Source of the DNA: Podarcis liolepis
Taxonomy: Eukaryota
Assembly: GCA_965112155.1 (NCBI GenBank)
Contig: OZ218112.1
Length of the DNA stretch: 64,000 bases
Reading direction: 5' to 3' (one strand)
A program made the position numbers and the translations under genes. The notes beneath the pieces were generated by a model. That model worked only from the letters and a program-made list of their open reading frames with translations, was not told the DNA's origin and made no database searches. The stretch's first letter is position 1; each line of letters opens with the position of its first letter. Below, in pieces: positions 12,601 through 24,749 of this stretch.

Positions 12601-15600
12601 GCTGGACTAGATGGGCAACTAGCCTGATCCAACATGGAGAGTGAGTAGGGTAGCTGCCAAACTAGGGGAGATGTCTAGCAAGGCTAGATTGCAGACAGAT
12701 GTTGCTTGAAATGGCCTAAAGGGCTTCAGGCATTCCTGAGGACACCAACACACCTGCCCCCGTGTGGCCTCTGAAGTGCTGGGTCTTAGTTCCTGAGCTC
12801 CACTCCCAGCAGGCTACCGTGTTGTCAAAGGAGCCTGTGACCAGCTTTTGTTCATCAAACTTCACTGCTGCACAGGTGTGGGTCTGGATCCCATAGATGC
12901 ATTGCCCTGTGCTCACATCCCATAGCTTTGCAGACAAGTCATCTGAACCTGCGGCCGCAAAGGAAGAAATGAAGTGTGGTTTAGTGGCTGAGAAGTCAGA
13001 AGGTATCCAACATGACCCACAAAACAATGGCATCCAACCAGGACCTGGGAGAATTGAGTTCAGATCAGCCATAGTTTCACTACTTGGCCAGCCACTACTT
13101 AAGCTTCTCAGTGACCCATCTAGAAAGAGCCACTGGTTAGAGTCTGTCTCATTGTTTCCCAAACATCTGATCAAAATTTGGAGGCCTATTTTTTTAACAC
13201 CTGAAACTGTTTTACTTTCATAACAAATGAAAAGAAAAATAACCCATTCAAAAAGGAGTGTGTCCTCAGTGTTTCTGTATTAGTACTCGTTCCACTCTGA
13301 TCCCAAGGCATGCCTAGACCAATGGCTCATACATAAATGCAACAGGGCAAATTGGGTGGAGAGGGCAAGTCTGCCACAAAAGAGTGCCTTGAATAATCTG
13401 ATCATCCCTAAAACCACAGTGCATAATTACCTACCCAGGGGCTGAATGGAAGGAGGGAAAGTTGAGCACTCAATCGCACACAGAGACACAAAGGGCAGTC
13501 TTCTATTCAGGCAAGTTATTGGGCACATGGGAATTGGCACTTTAGCTGTTCTTCTATAACTTGGAAATTATTGGCACAAGAAAGCATTAAAGTTGTGATG
13601 TCAAACTTTCTTAAAAAGGTATCTGAGATCCCCCCCACCCCAATTTTACAATGAAAAAGTAAACCCTGCTGACAGCTCTCTGCTCCCAAAAGTACCCCGC
13701 CATGATATTATTCTGCTGAAAATTTTCTGTGATCTCCCCCAAGTTCCCTCAAAATTGATCTATTATTTCTGTGCCACGCTCACTTTGATAAGTGGCCCCT
13801 GGAGGATTGCACATAGGTCAATGCAGCCCTTGGCCCAAAAAAGGAAAGACATTCCTGCTTTAAAACTATTTTGAATATCTTGGGGGGGGGGGATATCTGC
13901 TTGGCATTTAAAAATAAAACAAGCTTCTAGTTCTTATGCATGCAGGAGAAAACTCAGAAATATATCCATGCCTTTCCTGTCATTGACAAGGATTTCCAAG
14001 CCTGAGTTTATGATGCAGAACAAGTGAGCGCAATTAAGCAAACAAGAATGCAGATACACTTGTGGCACATAATTGATTCCAACTCAATCATTTTGATTTG
14101 GGAAGAGAAGTGATTGGTGCAGAACAGAAAGTCCTAGTCATGCAAAATCATTAGCCTCCAATAGTGGAAGATGAAGGTTTTGGTCACACGTTATAGGATC
14201 TGTGACAATTAACTCTCGCTAGTAGGAAGTCTCAAAGGATTAAAAACTTTGGCTTGCAAATAAATCCTTCACTTTTCCAGACAGAAATGATTGTTTATAT
14301 TAGGTCAGCTGCTTTTTGTATAAACAAATCAATGCTGCCTGTCCCATTGCGGCCCTTTCATTAATGGATAATTTGAGCATTTGGTTTTAAGCCCCACCCT
14401 ACCACCAAAAAGCCACCCTCACAGGGAGATCCACACTCCACAGCAGATCCATGGTAGGGGAATTTGTAGGGAAGACTGGTGTGAAGCCAAAGGAGCAGCC
14501 TCCTCCTCAGAATGTATTGTAGGTTTTAGAATGCTGAAGAGGCCTTTCTTTAATATTAGCACACATTGGCTGTGTTCAAACATCACAATAAACTATGGTT
14601 AACACAATAGCAACAAGATTAGCCTACTCCTAGGCTCATATGCTCTGCACTCTGGTGCAAGGAAACTGGAAATTTTTGCTGCTTATTAGCCAGAGTTTAG
14701 CATGACACATGAACTCTAAAGTGCGGCTACACATAATTTCTGTGGAAACATGCCAACTTTATAAACAGTGGTCTGATGCTGGTTTGTTGCAACATAGTAA
14801 AAATGAATCACAGTGTATTGGGTTTCTACAAGATGGCAAGCTGCAGTTAAATAGAAGCAAAAGCTTTGAAGCTTGTCCTTGAATCTGTCAGTGGAGACCA
14901 GGCAAGCTTGGGGAGGGGCACCAGGCTTGTTCCTATCACAACAAACCATAGCTTATTGTAGTGTAGCATACAGACACTGCATGCTTTTATGAAATACATT
15001 TCTACAATGTTAGTGAAAGCTTGTGGCTAGAACAAGGTCTGGGATCCGTGGGGCCTGATCATGGCCTATGGTGAGCTGTGAATGACCAAATCTCCTATTC
15101 AGATCTTGGTCTTGCTATAACGTCACTAAGCAGCTTTAGACAAGCCTTCCAGCCTCAGCCCACTCCATGAAGCTGAATATTGGAAGAACCAGGACAAATA
15201 AAAAAAAGTACTATTTCATGTGGTGAATAGTTGAACTATGGCACTTGCTGCCACAGGAGGCAGTGGTGGTCACCAACTTGGGATGCTTTCAAAAGAGTAG
15301 ACAAATTCATGGAGGAAAAGGTTCAAAATAGCTATGTTCTGCCTCCACAGTTGAAAGCAATAAAGCATCAGGATACCAGCTGCTGGAAACCTCAGGAGAG
15401 GAGAGCGCTCTTGTGCTTGAATCCTGTCCATGTGTATCCTGCAAGCATCTGGTTGGCCACTGTGAGAAGATGGACTAGATGGGCCATAGGCCTGTTCCAG
15501 CAGGGCTCTTCTTATATATATGCCACCTCCCAGTAATATTACTTACTCTGGCAATTTATATACAGGCAACTTCCCAAGTGTGTGGGGGTTGCATTCCGGG

Positions 15601-18600
15601 TCATCATGTGTGTCGGCAGGGCACGCATAAGCCCTCCCTCCCACTTCTGGGGCTGAAAACTGTGCATGCATCAGTGGTCATGTGTTCCTTGAACGCGCAC
15701 AAAATGGGAGTTGCTTGTACCAATTAATTATGATAGTCCCTGAGTGGTGTGCAAACAACTCCACAATAAAGATAAAAATCAGTTAAAACTATAAAATCAG
15801 AATTCAGTTAAAACACCTGCTGAAATATTTAAAATGTCTTCTGTAGGTGCTGGAATTTCAATATGTAGGGTGCCCTGACCTCCAATGAAAGGGAGTTCCA
15901 TAGTATTTGGACTACCATGACAAAACATTTCTAAGGACACCTTAAATGTCTAATGAACAAAACAATCTACAAAGTAGTAGGAACCCAATGATAACATTAT
16001 GTAAGAATAAAAACAGTAGATAAAATCAACATGTAAAACAGTCTAATGTGGATTTAACGGCCTGAGGAAATGTAGGAATACTTCTCCTGGTACTAGAGAT
16101 AGTAAATATATGCCTTCTTCAGGAATGAGATCTAAAGGCAGGTGCCACCATTAAGAAGACTCTCTCCTCAGTTGGAAACCACTTCACCCAGAAGGTAGGG
16201 TCTTTGAAGATTATCTCAGCACATATGCCATCTCGGGTTGAGTTCCTGAAGGATCACCTCCTCCAGGTCCAAGACATGTACAGCTTTGAAGGGAAAGCAG
16301 TGCACAACCTGGTGATTACAGAATAAATGATGCAAGGAGGGAGTTGCAGCCTAATATAGGGAAAGAGATAGTAAGGGAACATCTAGCTACTTTAAATGAA
16401 TTCAAATCTCCAGGGCCTGTTGAGCTGCACCCAAGGGTACTAAAGGATCTTGCAGATGTAATCTCAGAACCTCTGTCTATAATCTTTGAGAATTCTTGGT
16501 GAATAGGGGAAGTCCCTGTGGACTGGAGATGGGGAAATGTTCTCCCCATCTTCAAAAGGTGTGGGGGGAGGGGAAGCCCAGGTAACTACCTACTGGTGAG
16601 CTTGACATCAGTAGAAGGAATGGTCCCAGATAACTAAACAGTTGGTGAGCAATTAGAAAAAGATGCTGTGATTACTACAACCCAGCATGGGTTTCTCAAA
16701 AACAAGTCATGCCAGATGAATCTCATGTTTTTGATGAAGTTCCCAACAGCCAGAAAGCTGTTAAAATGTCAAAAAACGAAAAAGCCACACAAACAAAAAC
16801 GCCAATTTTTTAAAGCAAAAACAAAAGCTCCAAATATCACCTCTGTGTTGCATGGGTGCTTGGGACTCAGCAGGAAGCCTCTGATTAGCAGCAGGGGACT
16901 CAATTTACAAATGGAACACACTCAACAGGAAGCAGAACATGTTCCGCTTCCAAGGCAAAATTCACAAACCAGAACACCTACTTCTGAGTTTGCAGCATTC
17001 TATTTCCAAGTTGTTCATAAACTAAGCTGTTCTAAAACCAAGGTACCACTGTATATGAAACTCCTGGGGATGGTTATTGGGAGTTACGGGTTGAGGTGCA
17101 GGCCTCGGCGATGTATTTACCTCGCCCGGTCCGGTCCCGTGTGAGAGACAGACCACAACAGCAACTTCACCCAGAGTTATGTCAAACATCTCCTTCTGAT
17201 ACCTCTTGAGTAACATGTTGCCTGGGAAAAACAGATCTTCCTTCCTTCCAGACAACTGATGTACATTCCTTCCTAATATGGCCTTGAACATTGTTGTCTG
17301 ACATCTGGCCCCAGTAATCAACAACTCAGCCTCACTGGTGTGAAGTGCAGAGGGTGAATATGAAGCCCCTGGAATTTTTTAAATTTTTTTTTTTGGTATA
17401 AATATATAATATACATTCCCCACCTCTAAGACTGCCAATCTTCCAAATGTCATCCACCCTTCACATTTCACATTTGATCCCCAATTTTACATACAACCAC
17501 ATCATAAATAAATAAACACAACCCATCTCTCTTCTTTTCTGTCTGAAAGTTTCAGAAGCCATCAAGATGGTATATACTATGGTCCATCCTGTCCCTTTCA
17601 CTGTTCTTTTTCCAACTTTAACCTTCAAGGGGGTGGGCCAATGTAATCTCAACAAAATCTGTATCTCCTCTCCATCCTCCCCACTAAACAAATAAATCTT
17701 CCTGGAGTCCATCTTGCCAGTCCTCTGTTCCATTACCTCCAACTCCAGTCAGTTTTCTCTCTCTTCCGAGTGCTTAACAGACAGTCAATCCAGTTGTTAC
17801 CAATCTTTTCTTCTTTACTATTTTAATTTCATAATACAAAGTTCCAAGGAGTGGTCAAAATCCCTCAAAAGTCTTGAGGGTAGTGATTTTAAGTTTAGTC
17901 TGCCATGCACAAAGAAGGGTTAGGATTTGTGGACTAAAATAGAATGTAATTTATATCCTATCAAATTAATTTTGTAACAAGTCCACGTTTCTTGTAGTAA
18001 AATAACATCAAAAGATTTAATAAAACTAATAAATTCAGGGTCATTGGCCTTTTTCCTCAAACCCACAATGTTCCAGGAAAGGATCTGAAACCTAGGGTCA
18101 CTTGGCAGTCATTTGATTTCAATTAAGTGATCCCATCAGTTACCATTCCCCCTGCCCTTTTAACTATTCCAAGGAATCAACACCCTAACATCTTCACTAC
18201 AGCAAATGGTTAATTGCCTGTCCTTGCTGGGCTTGCACTCTCCCTTACGGAGCAGGTTCACTGTTTGGGAGTGCTTCTGGATCCAGCTCTGTCACTGGAG
18301 GCTCAGGTATATACAGTGGTTGGAAGTGCCTTTTACCAACTGTGACTGGTTTAACAGCTATAGACATTCCTGAACTGGGAAAGTCTGGCCACAGTAGATC
18401 ATGAATTGGTTACTTCAAGATTGCAATATGCTCTATGGGGGGCTTCCCTTGCACTTGATCCGGAAGCTGAAATTAGTGCAGAATGCTGCAGCACAATTGC
18501 TGACAGGAGTGAGGCCTTGTCAGCATATAGTGCCTGTTCAGTGATCTGCACTGGTTACCAATTTGTTACCAGGCCAAGTTCAAGGTGTTACTATCAGTAT

Positions 18601-19665
18601 ATAATGGCCATAATAACTTGGGGCCAGTTTACCTAAGAGATCAGCTTACCCAACGTGTGCCCACTTGACCGCTTCAATCAGCGGAAGTGGTACTACCATA
18701 AGTGCCATATAATACCCATTCTGCATTTGTAAGAACTCAATCATTTACTGTGGCAGCACTTACACTTTGGAACTCCCTGCCTATTAATAGCAAGCAGCTG
18801 CCTTCACTGGATTCTTTTAGGTGCCTGCTAAATATATTCTTGTTTAGACAAGCCTACCCAGATGCTTAGAAAGTTGATGTGAGTTTTAACTTGTTTTAGC
18901 ATTTCAAAGTTTTGTGTGTTTTAAAATACAGGCACCACCCCTTACACGTATTCGACTCATGTGCAACCGTATACACGCACCGGGAAATTAAAAATAATTC
19001 TATTCAAACCTGGAAATGGCAGGAGAGTCCCCGTGGCTTGCAAGGAGACCCTCCCTGGAAAACGATTTTTTCTATAGATTATGAAGGCTTGAAAAAGGCG
19101 CACGGGGGCCCTGCTGCTGCTGCTGCACCATCATGCTCACCAGGTGAGAACTGGGAAAGCCACTTCGCAAGTCCTGTCTGTGCGGCTTTCCCAGCCTCTC
19201 TGGTGAGGAGTGGGGGCTCCCCTGGAAACAATCCCTTCCATATCCACCTAATGAAGAACAAAAGCTTTAAAATGTGTCAACAGGGCTGCAGGTTCCAAAT
19301 TCATGTGTGGGAAGCTGAAAGGCAGGAAGCTGTTCCTTGCAGCGGGCTCAGCTGCGCGGCTTCCCTATCCTTCCTGCCAAGATTGAAGGTGAAGAGGGGA
19401 GGAAGGGAGTCTTCGTTACCCTTTAGATTAGAAGGGAAGGAGCAGAACAAGGGCAAACAAAAGTGGATGGGGGGGGGGAGAGAACAAAAAACAAAGCCAC
19501 TCAAGCTCCCCACTTACGCACATTTCATTTATGTTTTTTTTGGGGGGGGAACGTAACCCCCACGTAAGTGGAAAGTTGCCTGTATTATTGTACGTGTTTC
19601 TAGGTATAATTTTATTGTTTTATCTTTTGATGTATTTTGAAAAACCAAGTGTATACATTTTGTGA

Positions 19666-19698
<33 letters not shown>

Positions 19699-20277
19699 GT
19701 GACTTCCTGGCTCGCAGCCCTCTCACACACATACACAACACTAATTCTCATTGCACCACTACACCCAAGCCATTTGGGCCATCCTACCTGTACAAAGAAG
19801 TCCATCTTTATAGTAAAGTGCGTACACTCTGGCACTGTGTCCAATCAGTGAGGAGGTCTCAAAGGCTTTGTGGTCCTCTAGTTGCTTCATCCTTAAGATG
19901 GCCTTTAAGTACACCTTCTTCCAGTGCAAAGCATCTTGGACAGAGTCATCAATCTGCCAGCCCAGTTTCCTACAGGCAGTCTGCCACACCTCCATACAGG
20001 CACTTATGACCTTGTTCCATTGCTTAGAGACGAGGCAGCACGTGAGTAAGGTCTGAGGGTCAAGCCATTTTAACAAATAAAAACTGAGTTCCAACGGGAG
20101 GAGTTTGAGGAAGTCCCGTTTGAGGAGGGTCTCTAGGTTATTGGAGAGGTGCCTGAGCTGGATAGCCCCACTCAAGCTAATCAGGTGATCCAACGACTCA
20201 TTTTTCTGCAAGTCCGTCAGAGAGAGAAACGTAACAGAAATATTATCAAGCCATGCTTCAAAGTCCTTTCTCTCCAT
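6396..20277 (-). CDS. FBXW2: F-box/WD repeat-containing protein 2 (whole spliced CDS, 6 coding exons, 454 aa)
   Basis: join(complement 19788-20277, 12754-12948, 10222-10355, 8971-9057, 7736-7905, 6396-6684) = 1365 nt. All introns are GT-AG with consistent phases. N-terminus [15 protein letters not shown]-box ([28 protein letters not shown]), WD40 repeats, C-terminus LVLWKEHG match vertebrate FBXW2. Confidence 0.97.
7590..7680. repeat. Compound microsatellite (TA/TG)(GA)n(GAG)n
   Basis: Direct reading. Confidence 0.85.
7736..7905 (-). CDS. FBXW2: FBXW2 coding exon 5 ([16 protein letters not shown]...[10 protein letters not shown])
   Basis: Within ORF 7732..8055; tacag| acceptor, AG|gtaaac donor; 170 nt. 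Confidence 0.95.
8971..9057 (-). CDS. FBXW2: FBXW2 coding exon 4 ([29 protein letters not shown])
   Basis: Manual translation; cag| acceptor, AAG|gtatgt donor; 87 nt. Confidence 0.95.
10222..10355 (-). CDS. FBXW2: FBXW2 coding exon 3 ([25 protein letters not shown]...GHTEWVTK)
   Basis: Manual translation (absent from ORF track); tgtag| acceptor, AAG|gtaggc donor; 134 nt. Confidence 0.95.
10770..12120 (+). mobile_element. Internally deleted L2 (CR1 clade) LINE
   Basis: Endonuclease remnant (GGVAVNFRK...LLEYRP), RT C-terminal remnant (LHWLPV..QAQFKVL), L2-like 3' end with AT microsatellite tail. Confidence 0.7.
11676..11982. mobile_element. Tigger-like MITE nested in an L2 3' end
   Basis: TA-CAGTGGTGC...GCACCACTG-TA; L2 sequence resumes on both sides. 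Confidence 0.82.
12754..12948 (-). CDS. FBXW2: FBXW2 coding exon 2 (WD40: [12 protein letters not shown]...FRGHTGA)
   Basis: Within ORF 12716..13174; gcag| acceptor, G|gtgtgt donor; 195 nt, phase 1/1. Confidence 0.96.
15563..15717. mobile_element. Short Tc1/mariner-type MITE
   Basis: TA-CAGGCAACTTCCCA...TGGGAGTTGCTTG-TA. Confidence 0.65.
16320..16735 (+). mobile_element. CR1 LINE RT fragment
   Basis: [32 protein letters not shown]...[11 protein letters not shown], with stops. Confidence 0.85.
17420..18090 (-). mobile_element. Decayed non-LTR retrotransposon fragment (APE endonuclease N-terminus)
   Basis: Minus strand reads [12 protein letters not shown]...[10 protein letters not shown]; clade not assignable by eye. 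Confidence 0.55.
18225..18900 (+). mobile_element. Decayed L2 3' fragment
   Basis: [15 protein letters not shown] and LHWLP-like remnants with frameshifts. Confidence 0.7.
18929..19582. mobile_element. Tc1/mariner-type non-autonomous element nested in L2
   Basis: TA-CAGGCA...TGCCTG-TA with imperfect TIRs; accounts for spurious ORF 18912..19556. Confidence 0.65.
19667..19696. repeat. (AATC)n microsatellite
   Basis: Direct reading. Confidence 0.9.
19788..20277 (-). CDS. FBXW2: FBXW2 coding exon 1 (start codon, F-box); exon begins at 20297
   Basis: ORF 19759..20277; acceptor cccacag|GTAAAT at 20297; donor ACAG|gtagga at 19788. Confidence 0.96.
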
Positions 20278-21199
20278 AAGGTTATGGAAACATTTACCTG
20301 TGGGACATCAAAATACAGTATTAGTTCTGCTCAAAAACCAAATATGAACATCTTAAATAAAAAAATAAAAAACGACACACACTGCCTCAGATGCACTTCA
20401 AACAACAACATGGCACAGGGCGGTTAATATAGAAAAATCAGCAATGTACAATGTGAAGGAGAACTCCCCTTTAAACTGAATGTGCTGAGCACAACATGCA
20501 AAAACTGTGGGATTTTTGTCTGTCCAGTGCAAAATATAGTAGTGCCTTTGAAAGCCTATGATTTTCAGCTGCTAGTCTTTATGTTTGGTTTCACATTGCA
20601 TGATCAAAGGAAAACAAGGGACCCAATATCAATGTGACATCAGGTGCCTGACAGGTAGGTGTCTCAGATCTCCTCTCAGACTTGGTCCAAAAGGTTTGGG
20701 GGAAGGCAAGACTCTGGACTGCTAGCCCCATCCAGGTCCCAACTCCTGGTTTAGATTTATCAGAGGACCTGTCCAAAGACAATTGCTGAATGGATAGCCG
20801 AGCAGCAAGGAGTTGGATCACAATGCATATTGGTTCCACCCAACTTTCTTCCCTACCTAGCATTTTATCCTACCTAGCATTTCAATGGGAAAGAGGGCGT
20901 ATTTACCTTAAGTAGTTGTCTGTATTATCAGATAGTTGCTTAGCAGGTAGCTGCCAATTGTCTTCTTGCTCCTCAGAACCCGACAGGGATTGGGATTCCT
21001 CTGGGGCCATTTCTTCTGTAGGTGTAACAAGAACCATATAAGTCACTGAGGCCAGATTTTCTCCTCCTCTCCAGTCACTGCATAGTGCTCTAATGATTCC
21101 CAAACCCACTACTGTTACCACTCACTTTTGACCACACCTTAACTTTCCAACCTAATTCATCTGATCAAGGGATATTTCTTTATAATGACTAGGATTCTA

Positions 21200-22990
21200 C
21201 GTTTGCTGTCTTGGGAGTAAATCCCATTGAAGCCAACTGGATTTGCACCAAAGAATGTGTTAAGGAGTTCTGTAGTTCAATAAAGGTTCTTGCAAAGTAT
21301 GTGTTAAGTTCCAGGTGTTAATACTTGTTTTGCGAAAGACTAGGTAAAATTTGTCAAAGTGGGATAAGACAATAATCCCAAGTAGTAGAGGGGAGAAAGG
21401 TGAAGTTTATAAAAGCTTAAAAGATATTAATGATTATTTTTAAAAAAATGTTATTTGGAATTATATAATAAACTAAAAGTCATAGCTTATGAGGGTGTAG
21501 AAGCTTTTAAAAATAAAATAAAATTACCTTATTTAGATTATTGACAAATGCAAATGTTATTTTTCACCAATATCAGAAGCAGAAATCAAGCAAACTATTC
21601 TTAAAATGACAACTGGTAAAACACCACAATTTCCTATTGAATAATATAAGACATATTGATCTACTAGTACCAAAACCTCATCAACTGTATGAAGAGATGT
21701 CTGACAAAGGTATTTTATCAATGGCATTTAATCAAGCTTATATTACAGCTATACCAAATCAGACAAACTGAGTAAAGTTGATACAAAGATTTTAACAACG
21801 ACCCAAGCAAATAGAATTCAGCAAGTAATAGTGGTGCTTACGGAGAATGACCAGACTGGCTTTATAAAAATGAGGCAGCAAAAAATCTTAGATTAGTGGT
21901 GAATTTGTAAGATTTAAATAAAAATAAAGACAATTTTTAATTATATCACTATGCAATGAAATGGTTTTCAACAATATTTATGTATATAAAGGTAAAGGTA
22001 AAGGGACCCCTGACCACAGTCGTGGACGACTCTGGGGTTGCAGCGCTCATCTCAATTTGGTGGCCAAGGGAGCTGGCGTACAGCTTCCGGGTCATGTGGC
22101 CAGCATGACTAAGCCACTTCTGGCGAACCAGGGCAGCGCACGGAAACGCTGTTTACCTTCCCACTGGTGCGGTACCTATTTATCTACTTGCACTTTGACA
22201 TGCTTTCGAACTGCTAGGTTGGCAGGAGCAGGGACCGAGCAATGGGAGCTCACTCCATCGCGGGGATTCGAACTGCCAACCTTCTGATCGGCAAGTCCTA
22301 GGCTCTGTGGTTTAACCCACAGCGCCACCCGCATCCCTGTATATAGAGGTAGCTTTAACTAAATTGGTTTTCCCTTTATTTTTTATAAAATGGATTAAAG
22401 TAGTGTATGATTCACCTAAATCTAAAGTGAATGGTATCATGTCCACCACCTTTTCACTGTCTTGAGGAACTAGACAAGGATGTTCACTTTCATGTTTGCT
22501 TTTTAAATAATTGTTTAGAACCCCCTAGCTTGCGCTATTAGACAACATTGTGAGATTCACAGAGCGGTTCATAATTCAGTTGAATATAAATTGGTTTTAT
22601 TTTCAGGTGGTACCAAACTAGTATTCCTATATTGATGCAAACAATAAAAGCTTTTGGTAAAATATCAGGATACTTTATTAACTGGTCCAAAAGGAATTGA
22701 TGCCAATATGTGAAAAATTGATTATTCTTTCAGTTAAGGAATTATCAATTCCGGATTTGCTCCAAATCTATTATATAACTAGGTTTAATGCCGAGAGACA
22801 TAACTCGATTAGTTACAATTCATATAAACAAAATAATAAAAGAGGCTTCTTTAGTTATTGATAGATGGGAGTCATTAAACCTTAACCTTAGGGGAAGGTT
22901 GAATCCTTTCAAAATGAACATTATTCCCAGATTTATCCTTATACCACTTGATTGTAAAAAAGCCAAACCCTTCAAAAAACCCTTTCCCTT
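21200..22990 (+). mobile_element. Decayed L1-like LINE ORF2 remnant
   Basis: AT-rich; remnants DQTGFIK, GTRQGCSLS, L.LRGRLN.FKMNIIPRF; interrupted by a Sauria SINE. Confidence 0.7.
21988..22338 (-). mobile_element. Sauria SINE inserted in a decayed L1-like LINE
   Basis: (ACCTTT)n tail in reverse, tRNA-like head; flanked by tgtatata repeats. Confidence 0.85.
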
Positions 22991-23619
22991 ATGTATGTGA
23001 CTGAAGCTTTAAACTGCCTTAAAGTGCCTTTTGGTGAGTATTTTTTAAACACTTAAGAATTATTATTATTCTAAATATAGGGTGGAGGGGAGGGCAGCAT
23101 TTAACAAATAAATGGGAGAGATGATGTTAGTGGGGGTGAGGTATAAAGTAGATAGCATGCCTCATGGGTATTTTTTTCTTTCAAGTTGGGTCTTGATGTG
23201 GAATCAGAAAAGTGGATTGCTTTTATAATCTTTGGCCACAATACAACAAAGAGTTGAGCACACCTAAATTTGCACTGAACTATTGCCATTTATTTCAAAG
23301 GACTGGGTCTGTACAACTGTGCATTAGTGCATTAAGATCAAAATGTAATAATAATAATACGTCTCCCATAAAAGAGCACACACACAAGTGGCATGGAAAA
23401 CACTCTTTATCAGCCTATGCTCTTAGGTTTCTGGATCTGATTCTGGAGACGAAGGATGGGGGAAGGGACATAGCTCAGTAGTAGAGCATCTACTTTGCAT
23501 GCAGATGATCCCAGGGGACCTGCCCATCTTGAGTTAGGGCTGGGACTGTCCCATGCCTGAAGCCCTGGATAAGTGTAGTTGGTGTGGCAATACTGAGCTG
23601 GATGGACTAATGGTTTGGG

Positions 23620-23951
23620 CAGGGGTCTGCAACCTTTAAGACAAAAAGAGCCACTTGGACCCGTTTTCAAAGAAAAAAAAACCTGGGAGCCGCAAAACCA
23701 TTGCGACATTTAAAACAAATATATCTCCGGAGCCGCGATCTGACAGCAGGCGGGAAGGTGACGTCGGGACGGTGCGTGACTAACGCACGCACCGCCCCCA
23801 TGCGACATCACAGCCAGTACAGCGCCCGTCACAGTGGGGAGTGTCGGGGCGCACAATGCGCCTCCTCCCCTCGCTAGTATCCGCCCCAGAGCCGCGGCAA
23901 AGGTGTAAAAGAGCCACATGCGGCTCCGGAGCCGCGGGTTGCAGACCCCTG
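23620..23951. mobile_element. hAT-type MITE nested in a tRNA-derived SINE
   Basis: 15-bp perfect TIR CAGGGGTCTGCAACC; 8-bp TSD ggtttggg at 23612-23619 and 23952-23959; CpG-rich. Confidence 0.9.
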
Positions 23952-24041
23952 GGTTTGGGCATAAAGCAGCATCTTATGTTCCTACTGTTGTCTGGGAAGC
24001 AATCCATGCATTTGATGTTTTTATAGAGCTAGATTTTAACA

Positions 24042-24112
24042 AGTGCCTGGCGTGCTCTGGTCCATGGGGTCACGAAGAGTCGGACACGACTAAACGACTG
24101 AACAACAACAAC
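24042..24112 (+). mobile_element. Bov-B (RTE) short 3' tail insertion
   Basis: CCATGGGGTCACGAAGAGTCGGACACGACTAAACGACTGAAC(AAC)n; 11-bp TSD agattttaaca at 24031-24041 and 24113-24123. Confidence 0.85.
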
Positions 24113-24281
24113 AGATTTTAACAGGTCAGACTATTTCTCTAGCCCAGTCTATGCTGACTGGTGGTAGCTCCCTAGAAAGGAAGACCCCTTCCACCACCTG
24201 ATATATGATTTGTTTTTCTTTTAAGGTAATTATGACAGCATTCAACCTGTCTAGAACATTCTACATCCAAAGCATATAGTA

Positions 24282-24460
24282 GATAGGTAGCCGTGTTGGT
24301 CTGCCATAGTCAAAATAAAAAATTCCTTCCAGTAGCACCTTAAAGACCAACTAAGTTAGTTCTTGGTATGAGCTTTCGTGTGCATGCACACGAAAGCTCA
24401 TACCAAGAACTAACTTAGTTGGTCTTTAAGGTGCTACTGGAAGGAATTTTTTATTTTGAC
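24282..24460. mobile_element. Fold-back (palindromic) Penelope-like 3'-end insertion
   Basis: 24378-24458 is identical to 1744-1824; perfect inverted repeat 24309-24460; direct repeat ccaaagcatatagta at 24267-24281 and 24460-24474. Confidence 0.88.
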
Positions 24461-24749
24461 CAAAGCATATAGTACAACTACATTTGATGCTGGCCAAGGG
24501 ATCCCGCTTCAGGACACACCTGTGACCGGATAGTGTTCACACGTGAAATTTGCCTCTGAAAAGCCTGGGGTGGGGAAAACCCCCATGCTAACTAGTTCAA
24601 TATCGGAGAACAAGAACAGCCATATGCGACATGCAGAGTCTTGTGGCATCAGCTGGGCGGTCTTCCAGGTGTTACTAGACTACAATTCCCCTCATCCCTA
24701 GCTAGCAGGACCATCCAGCGACACCTGGGGAGGGACCTGAGGTTGGGAA

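Noticed and set aside
18912-19556. 214-aa plus-strand ORF
   Set aside because: Lies almost wholly within a TA-flanked non-autonomous DNA transposon, antisense in an FBXW2 intron; no recognisable domain.
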